The translations under genes and the position numbers were made by a program. A stretch of 64,000 nucleotides of DNA from Schmidtea polychroa (Eukaryota): positions 77,996,001-78,060,000 of the forward strand of contig CM097886.1 in NCBI GenBank assembly GCA_044892525.1, read 5' to 3'. Every line of letters begins with the position of its first letter. Within the stretch, counting starts at the first letter, position 1. Below the pieces are notes generated by a model that had not been told where the DNA came from, made no database searches, and saw only the letters and a program-made list of their open reading frames with translations. Of the stretch, positions 55,107-64,000 are shown piece after piece.

Positions 55107-58088
55107 TAGGGATGGCAATCCGGATAATATTCGGTTTGAACTATCCGGATATTTTCTGAATTACGGATAATTCGAAATCCGGATATTTTGAATCAATTAT
55201 CCGGATATTTGATTTTCGAAAAAGTAAATTTTTATCGTTTCAAAAATTTAAATTTTACAGGGTTTTTCATCGTATTTTGACAATGTGTCAACCAATTTTG
55301 ACATTGTGTCACCGTATTTTGACAAGTAAAAAAACTATTATAAATATTTGTAGATGAATTATTTATATAAAATATTTTATTTCTTATAGTTAAAAAAGTC
55401 ATTTACAACAATTAAATCAAAAAAAACATTATATTGGTATTTTCACAATTTTTAATTAAAAAAACAAATATAGTCGAAATATGGAATAAATTGTTTTTAA
55501 TAATGGCATATATACTGGTTCTCCTGAAGCTAAGGATCTTGGAAATTTCAGATGCGTTATGTCCATTTAAATACGCATCCAAAATCCTTTTCCGATCATG
55601 ATTATTGATATGTTGATTGACCATTAAGGGTGTATTAAAAAATTTTTCATTTGTCAAAATACGGTGACACAATGTCAAAATTGATTGACACTATGTCAAA
55701 ATACGGTGACACAATGTCAAAATTGGTTGACACAATGTCAAAATACGATGACAAAATGTCAAAATACGGTGAAAAACCCTGTATAATCAGACTTGGCTGT
55801 GCACTAACATTACATTTAGAGATTTTTGTTTTACTCGTATTTAAATCAAATCAGAGTTAGTTGTGCAGTGCACTTTGTTTTGGTGGTATTTCTGTGCTGA
55901 AAAACGAATTTAAATCAAATTAAAGGTATGTATGAATATATTTAAAATTTTAAAAATTTATATATTAGTTTGTATTTTGTAGGGTTATCGTTATAATAAT
56001 GTCTTCAAAAAAATCGGAGGTTTGGATTCACTTTGAAAAACATAGTTCTGAGGAGGCGACATGTAGAAAATGTGGTAATAATATCAAATGTAAAGGATCT
56101 TCTACAACTCCACTCATAAATCATTTGAAAAGACATGAAATTTATATCAACAAAAGAACGTCGAATCAAGAAGAAACTACAAGTGTCAAATCTTCAAAAA
56201 TTGTAAATTCACAACAAATTTTAAAGTTTGTTAAGAGAGAAAGCTTAGGTGAGTTATTAGCAAAATGTGCTGCAAAAGATGGATTTTCAATCCACGCAAT
56301 AACTAATTCATCAGCAATTAGAGAATTTATACATAAAAGAGGATTCGAAATGCCACGTAGTCGAAACACAGTTAAAAACTTATAATTCAGTTTTACGAAC
56401 AGAAACGAGAAGAACTTAAAAACAATCTAAATACAAAAAAAAACAATGAACAAAAATTCAGTATTACAGTCGATGAATGGACGGACATAAATATGAAGCG
56501 TTATATGAATGTTACACTACATAGCAAGAGTATCTGTTATAAATTAGGATTGGCAAAAATCGATGGATCTTGTGACGCTGAAAAAACTAAAAAAATAGTG
56601 AAAGATAAACTTTTAGAATTCGGTATTCAGTTTTCAGATATTGTTGCCTCCACGCATGATGGTGCTGCTCTTATGCAGAAGTATGGACGAAATATTTCTG
56701 CAATCAGTCAATTGTACTACAATCACGCCATTCATTTGGCCGTGATTGGTGTTTTTTTTTAAAAAAACAGGAACGGTTACGACATCTGATGATGAAAATA
56801 ATAGCGAATTTGATGAGCAGTCTGAAAACGATTCTGATTATGATTATGAAAATAGTGATATTGAACACGAAAATATGAATTTAGGATTTGATAATACTGG
56901 TGTTAATAATATACTTATGAGACCTGACATTAATGTTGTTATATCTGAATCACGGAGGCTTATAAAATTTTTTAAATTTTCTGCTGTTCGAAAAAATGTT
57001 CTTCAAAAATATGTTATGGAACAAGAAAAAAAAGAATTACATTTACTGTTGGATTGCAAAACCAGGTGGAACTCATTGGTCCCTATGATTGAGCGACTCC
57101 TAAAGTTAAAAAAATGTATTAAACAATCATTGATTGACTTATTAGGAACGGAAAAAGAATATTACAATGAACAAAATTTCGTAATCCTAGAAAATATGTT
57201 AAATATCTTAAAACCACTTGAATTAGGTGTAAAAGAGTTGAGTAACGAACAAGCAACACTTTTATCTAGCGAAGGTGTTTTTAAATTTATGTTTAAAAAA
57301 TTACACGATATTGATTCAGATTTGAGCAATGAAATGTTGACGTCATTAAAAACAGAAATTTTAAAACGAAGAAATAAAGAAGTAGTATCTTTGATGAAAT
57401 TTCTACAAAATTCATCAATCTCCCGAGATGATAATTTTGATGATATTACATATGCTTCGAAACCAGCAATCTATGCCTATGCAAAAGATACAATGAGTCG
57501 ATTGTATGCAATTCCAGAAGATGAAAATCATGTGTCTTCGTCCGGATCTGAGGATGAAATTTGCGAACCGATTACATTGGTTATGGGATTGAAAAAATCT
57601 ATAGCTTCCATGAGCAGTGAAAATCCAACAAAATTTCAAAAAAATAATTTTGACTCTTTACAAAAAGAATTTAAACTTCTTGAAGGCAATGGAAAACTAA
57701 CTCACAACTTAGAAAAACTTTTGAATGCTCTTAATACGATTCAACCAACCTCCACTAGCAATGAGAGAGTTTTCTCGGTGGCTGGTACATTTTCAACAAA
57801 ATTAAGAAGTAGACTTCAGTTTCCATTGTTGAACGCTTTGGTAATCTTGAAATATTATTTCAATAATGAATAATAAATTAATAATGATTAAAAATAATAA
57901 AACTATATTATTATATACTTTCTTTTTCTTGAATTAAATAAAATGAACTTAAAAACTAAAATATTTTGATTTTTTTATCTAAATTTCAGAATTGGCAAAT
58001 ATCCGAATAGTATCCGGATATCCGGATATTTCATTTTTAAGCTATTTGATATCCGGATACCAGAAAGTCCGGATAATTGACATCTCTA
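55107..58088 (+). mobile_element. hAT DNA transposon with frameshifted BED-finger transposase, inserted in the pogo element
   Basis: Imperfect TIRs TAGGGATGGCAAT / ATTGACATCTCTA; perfect 8-bp TSD ATCCAGTC (55099-55106, 58089-58096); ATCCGGAT subterminal repeats; SEVWIHF..CRKC..HLKRH, DEWT, STHDGAA, LLLDCKTRWNSL, PTSTSNERVFS (55999-57873 in three frames). Confidence 0.95.
55258..55781 (-). mobile_element. Tc1/mariner-derived non-autonomous element, 524 bp, with 21-bp subterminal tandem repeats
   Basis: TIR CAGGGTTTTTCA(T/C)CGTATTTTGAC flanked by TA on both sides; GACACAATGTCAAAAT(ACGGT/TGGTT) repeats; HTH remnant DRKRILDAYLNGHNASEISKIL on the minus strand. Confidence 0.9.
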
Positions 58089-59312
58089 ATCCAGTCAGAT
58101 TATTGAAGATGATATGGACGACGAAACGGCTATTTTTGAATAAAAAAACTACTCCCAATACAAGTCTTTTTTGTATTTTTAAACAATTTTACGCAAAAAA
58201 ACAAATACAAGTCATGACTTTTATTCGGCAAAACACGGTATATAAAAAATTTTAAAATAGTATTTTCAAATTAACATTTTAAATTCATAATGTAAAATGT
58301 TTATAAATTTAAAATTATAAATTTAGGGTATCCAAACTGTAATTATTGTATTATTCACTTTAATTTAAAACTTTCGTTGCAAATTTTCATTTACTGCTCC
58401 ATTTTTTCCCATTTCCTTGCCCTAAAATTTTAACTGAATTTTTCTTTAATTATTTTTTATTTCAGCTATCAATTAGTATATTTTTAACCTTTGATTTTAC
58501 TGATTCTGCTCGATTTGGTACGATTTACCCATTACTTTATCTTAAATTATTTTTCAGTTTATTTTGTTTTTCACTGCTATCATATCTAATTTATTGTTTA
58601 AATCGATATAATCTTTATATGACTTTATATGATTTCTGTTGCCAATTTCCGTTGGAATTCTGAACTAAACTTTATTCGGGTATTTTACTAAAAATACCAT
58701 TTCATCTTGATAAATTTGGTTCTCTCCACTTAATAAAATATTAATCACATTTTTGTACTATAATTTCCGTTTTTAATACTTTGTTCACACTTGCATTTCG
58801 AATTTAATAATATTTATTTTCGAATTTAATATTTAATAGTATTTTTTAGTATTTAATAGCATTTAATAGTCCTACAAACATTTTTCAATTCTTTGAACAT
58901 TATTTACATTTTTCTTTCATATGTTTTTATCTTTCTTATGTTGAAGTTTTTCATTAGAAGTGAACCCTTTAGCGTACACCCCTGTTGACTATAATCAACC
59001 GTAGAAAAAGGGATTGTCTGTGACGTAATTAACCATTTAAAAATTATTTAATCAAAATAACTAAATGAATTAATATAATTAAAACTTAGTTTCAAATAGC
59101 GTTCTATTATTATTTAATATAACAGTTGAAAAGATTTTTTACTTTAAAATTACTCTGATTAATATTTTATCTGAATTGTATGCAGTTTCAGAAATCTCTA
59201 TTCTCTGAATTTAACAAAAGAAGCTTCCCATTTTTATTAATTATTCAAGAATTTCATTTGGTTACTTGGCTATTGGTACTTATTAATTCATAAATATCTT
59301 TTATATAATAGA

Positions 59313-60470
59313 ATGAATTTTATTCCAGTTATTTTATGGTATTATATTATGGTAATGAATGCACGATTTAAAGTTAAAAAGAAGTATGAATTTTCACCGA
59401 TTATGTTGTCAAATGGTCGTAGAGTCTCCTTCGAAATATACGAAACATCTAATAGTTGTAAAATAATTTATAATAATTCGTATGTAAATAACTTATCGAC
59501 AATTAAACGCTTTCCCTATTTCTTAAATAGTGAAAAGTTGCTGTCAACACTCTACGATCAAGAAGGAGATGAAATTCGAACTTATAATGGTAACGAGTCG
59601 AATTTAGTATTAAAAAGAAGACATTATTTTGATATTGCGAAAGATAAAAGAGATATGTCAGATTTAAATAAATTTAGTTTAAAAGAATACACTCCATATT
59701 CCTGCTGGGAACTTCAAACAAAACCATTTTCAGTACAAGAACTTTCCGATAAATTCGAAACCATTAATGAATCCTCTAACTCCTCTTTGACTTTTAAATC
59801 TGTTTCAAAGTTTATGAATAGAAAATTAACATTTTTAATATCATCCAGTAAAAGTGATAATTCAAATAACAAATCCGTTGAGTTGCCTTCTAAAAAGGAA
59901 TTTTATCCATACAGAAACAAAACTCTTGGGTTGACTATTTGTGAACGAAATATCATCAAATCACACGAAAATTTAAGTAAATCTGTAATTTTCAAATCAC
60001 CATTATGTAAAAATAATAGAAATTATTTAGTCTATGGATCAACTCCAATATTTTCTTCAACTATATGTATTCCTCTGAAATTCACCAGAAATAATTTGCT
60101 CCAAGATGCATCATTTTCGCCGAAGTTTACTCCAAAATTTTGGTTTTCCAATACAAATATCTCTCAAATTGATAATAAAATAAATAATAAGAATTATGAA
60201 AATGAATATATCACTAAATATGATTCTTACAAAAGTATTGAGTCGTTATTTTGCAACAGTCAACTTACCGAAGCGGATATTGGAAATGAAAGTAAACCTA
60301 AATTCGAGAAGGAAAACATTCATTCATTATCATCAGAAAAAGATATATTTACTTTTAATATTAAAAAAGTCAAATCTCAACTGCGACCAATTGAAAATGC
60401 AAAAATATTTAATCATGGCCGAATGTATATATTTAAACAATTTCCAAGCAATAAATTTAATAGAAATTAA
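59313..60470 (+). CDS. Orphan ORF, 385 aa, S/N/K-rich, unknown function
   Basis: 1158-nt stop-free frame in very AT-rich DNA, unlikely by chance; no family motif recognised; start uncertain. Confidence 0.55.
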   Translation: MNFIPVILWYYIMVMNARFKVKKKYEFSPIMLSNGRRVSFEIYETSNSCKIIYNNSYVNNLSTIKRFPYFLNSEKLLSTLYDQEGDEIRTYNGNESNLVLKRRHYFDIAKDKRDMSDLNKFSLKEYTPYSCWELQTKPFSVQELSDKFETINESSNSSLTFKSVSKFMNRKLTFLISSSKSDNSNNKSVELPSKKEFYPYRNKTLGLTICERNIIKSHENLSKSVIFKSPLCKNNRNYLVYGSTPIFSSTICIPLKFTRNNLLQDASFSPKFTPKFWFSNTNISQIDNKINNKNYENEYITKYDSYKSIESLFCNSQLTEADIGNESKPKFEKENIHSLSSEKDIFTFNIKKVKSQLRPIENAKIFNHGRMYIFKQFPSNKFNRN

Positions 60471-62458
60471 TTTTTCGAAAATTTTTTATCTGACCATTTG
60501 CCACTATTTCAAAAAATGAAATATTAGACAGAAACTTTCATTAAAAATTAAATTCATGAATGAAAGTGCATCAGAAATAAACTTACCTCAATTTGCACTA
60601 CTTTCATTCAATATATATGCCTCAACTGTTATTTTCATTTGTAGATACTATTTGATTTTTTTTCACCTATTATTTATTATTAAATGTGCTTTATTTTTCA
60701 TTAATATAATTGTATTTTTTTAACAATATTCTTTATTAAAAAGTTAGCATTAACGAAAATTTGCATAATATAAACTGTCTATGCTTAAAAATAATAATAA
60801 CCACATATGATACCAAAAATTATTGATATTTGTGTTTAATAGTGTAATTATTCACAAATTTTTAAAACATGTCACAAATTACATATATAAACTTTTAGAC
60901 TCAAGTCAAAACCGCAAATATTGCAATATTTAGTGAAGATTTCTTAAAATTTGTTAATAAACCAATACAAAATGGATTCCGATATGATTTCACAGTTTTT
61001 TAAAGCTGATATTGAAAAGCCAAAGTCTATTTTACCTACTTCGAAAAAGACCTTATTGGAATTATCAAAGAAATTAGCAATCAATGTTACAGATAAGTAT
61101 GACATGGATACACTCATATCTATTACACTCGAAAAACAGCGCGGTTTTGATGTTAAACCTTTCTCTGCCAGATGTTTATGATTCATTTCCATTTCACGAT
61201 TTCAGAAGAAGCTATTTTTAAAATTTCAATGATTCGAAAATTGATTTTAAAAGTTTTTAATATTTGTTTTAATTATGAAAATGGGTAATTTTAAACATAC
61301 AATCAATAAACCATTTTGAATACTTGATTTAAAACAAAATTTAATTTATGAAATTCTCTTAACGAATTTAAAAATTCGATTTAATACTTTAATGGTATGA
61401 AGAGTTTAGTCAAATTTATAATACTATGGAAAAATATTTGATCATTAATTTAATTAGATATTACTTGGTAACTATTTAATCATTGAATCTTAGTTAATCT
61501 AAGTGACGTGATGAATCAAACAGAATTAAAGAGATACACGAAGAGATATCTTTAGTCCACGACTTTAGATGTCAAAGGTCAAAGTATGTTCTAGTCCCAC
61601 AGGCTTGACCTCAGGTGATCCTTCACAAAATTTAGAAAAATTAAACAGCGTACTTTGAACATGCAATTACTCTAAGACAATATACAAATTACACTACCGG
61701 CATGCGTTTCTTTTTGTTGCTAAATTTAGCAAGAAATCCATACTTAGAAACCCTGTTGGTAATCTTCAAGATAAAAAATTGTTTATTCTATAACATGCGT
61801 CGACGTGCTATTTGTTTTGCTGTTACATTTTTGTATTGATATGCACAAATTTCTATGTTTTTAATTTTTGATTAAATTGTTTGATAGGAGCTTCCATTTA
61901 TTGTACCATCTGTTATATCGATGCTCCACCTAACTTATAAACTCATATAATAAAAATTTTGTAGTGAAAATAAAATAAAATTTATCAACTACTTATTTTA
62001 ATAAAATTAATGAAGTTTGACAATATACATCTTATTTAACATCCAAAAAATTAAGGATAAAATGATGCCAATAAAAATTTCTAGCAATGGTTACAGTTTC
62101 TTCGCTAAATTTAAAAGAGGGCAACTCTTAATTTCTGGTTTTTGTCCAACAGCCATTTAGAATCTAAATTTTAGATTACCACCAGTCCATTCGTATGAAA
62201 TGTTGGAGTTATCTAAATCAGCTGTTCTAAATTTGTGGTACCCGTACCGGTAAAGTCAAGCTGATAACCTAAGAAACCTTTATCAATAATCCGCGAGGAT
62301 ATTTTCGGTCGACCGAAATTTTATTTTGCTGTTTAGAGTTAGTTGTTAATTTGAAGATAACAAATTTAACAATTTACTGAGATTATAAAATGTATTTTCT
62401 TATTTCAAATTTTCTTGTTTTTCAAACTATTTAAACAAATTAATTTTTCTAATTATAT

Positions 62459-63444
62459 TGTTGAGGATACCTAAATAACAAATTTATGAATAAATAAATA
62501 AAATTACTTGGGGGTGGGTGGAATCGTCTTGACAAACGGGACGATTTAGGGGAACTCGGAGAAGGAAACGAAAGTAAAAAGAAATGGAAAATGAGAAAAA
62601 GAAACCAAACAAAAGAAAACAAAAATGAAAGCAAAACAAAGGTCTGTACTAATTAATTAGTACAAAGGAGAAAAGGAATTTCAAATTCCAAAAACAGAAC
62701 AAGAGGAAAAAGGAATATCTTGACAGCTTGTCAGAGATATCAGAATTGTCGGGAGAAGTCGGCCTAACAAAAAGAGAAAAAGCAAAACATTTTTGGACAT
62801 GTCAGATAATAAATGGAAACAGTCGGGAAATTTGTGAGAAAGAGAAGTGGGAAACATTAGATTATCTCTAGTGTCACAAATGAAACGAGCTATATAAAGA
62901 GGAACTGTTGACCGAGATAGTGAGACATAAAGCCAGATAAATATTTAGACAAAATTTAAACGGATAACGAGGCAAGAGTCTACGGAAAAGGAGACTAAAG
63001 TATTGAGAAAATTAACGAGGAAATTGTGGGAAAAATTTACAGAAGTCATTGAGACGAGTATTTATTGGAAAACGATTTATTGGAGAAAAATTGTTAGAGA
63101 TAATTGTGAAGAATAATTGTGGGAGAAGATTTTCAGAAAAGAATTAGTTGAGAAATAAACGAAAAGTTATTTGAATATTTGAATAAAGTTGTCGAAGAAC
63201 GTCAAAGAAAACAATCAACTCAAAGTCCCAGTCAATAAACCAATAAGTAGTTAGTGATCTTTCAATCCGGTGTTGTACTCGAGTGCTATTCATCACTGAA
63301 TTGATTGTCATTGAAAATTATTTGTGATTATCAATAAAGATTTCTGTTGTCAAGTGTTATTTGTGGGTCAATCAAAGACACGCTTGGAGTCATCTTTGAG
63401 AATTTTAACTTTAAAAATATTATCACCAACCCAATAACCCAACA
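62459..63444 (+). mobile_element. Solo LTR (986 bp) of a second LTR family
   Basis: TGTTG...CAACA termini, 4-bp TSD ATAT on both sides, no PBS or PPT. Its 3' end has a diverged 64-bp copy at 36964-37027. Confidence 0.8.
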
Positions 63445-64000
63445 ATATTATTATTTCTATAGTTATAGGATACTACATAGGCCTCTTTTATTTTAAATGG
63501 AGCAGCCAACTTCACCTGTTTCATCTGAATTTTCTTTCCTATATTCTTCGATTAAAGCAGGTTTTACCCTTTGCATATTCACTTCAACTTATTTTGAGTC
63601 TTTGTTTATTGGTATTATGTTTCCTTGCATTGTATCTCAGCATTTAATTAAGTGCTTCAGATGCTTCTAGTCATACCAATTTCGTGAATACCCAATTTCT
63701 CGAAATATTGCTTTTATCTTAAATTAGAGTTGGTATTCAGTGCATTGAGACTTTGACTAACCTCTTCCAATGCCTTCGACTTTATTTCATTAGATGGTAA
63801 CATTGTATTGCTACCAAATAACATTTACGATAGTGATATGTTGGTTGGAGCGTTTTGGAAAGTTTCTTCATCTGAGCTGTAATATTAGTAGAATTTGGTC
63901 CATCTACAATTTTGTACCATGCATCTTAGTGAGATTTTCAAAGAGCGATGAAATCTTTCAATCAATCCATTTTATTGTGGATGATACACAGTTTTATGAA

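Larger units (their letters stand above)
37509..58238 (+). mobile_element. pogo/Tigger-type (CENP-B-like HTH + DDE_1) transposon expanded to 20.7 kb by nested insertions
   Basis: TIRs CCGTGTTTTGCC(T/G)AATAAAAGTCAT at 37509 and 58238, both flanked by TA. Transposase runs 37716 to about 38678 (GGGRK, FSASGKWLSGFMKR, MDETAI, LLIWDSASTH, IPSGMTGYLQLMDV), resumes at about 54886 (PPLVEVESWIRHSWGKINTNIINNGLRAS), with an acidic tail after 58097. Confidence 0.88.

Noticed and set aside
55651-55860. ORF with MSKYGDT heptad repeats
   Set aside because: Translation of the 21-bp subterminal repeats of a Tc1-derived MITE, not a CRISPR array or a protein.
61606-61621. 15-nt match to Alu/7SL sequence (GACCTCAGGTGATCC)
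   Set aside because: No flanking Alu or SRP RNA similarity; treated as coincidence.

Overview
AT-rich eukaryotic DNA, most likely from a compact-genome invertebrate animal (41-43 nt GT-AG introns, animal-type ISCA1 and SLC25A51). Three recognisable host genes (ISCA1, DPH5, SLC25A51) and one orphan ORF lie among nested transposable elements (Ty3/gypsy remnants, Tc1/mariner, pogo, hAT, MITEs, an early-branching non-LTR retrotransposon, a solo LTR). The outstanding feature is a young 14,832-bp Ty3/gypsy-type LTR element (39906-54737; 1040-bp LTRs, tRNA-Trp PBS, PPT, 4-bp TSD) with an unusual layout. An extended Gag is followed by a chuvirus/gB-like fusion glycoprotein placed BETWEEN gag and pol, then PR-RT-RH-INT, a second type I membrane protein with FN3-like repeats fused to the integrase C-terminus, and a final ORF with an apparently inactivated DEDDh exonuclease fold. 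Everything from env to the last ORF is in one reading frame broken by only three stop codons. Domain assignments are by-eye motif recognition and need HMM or structure confirmation.
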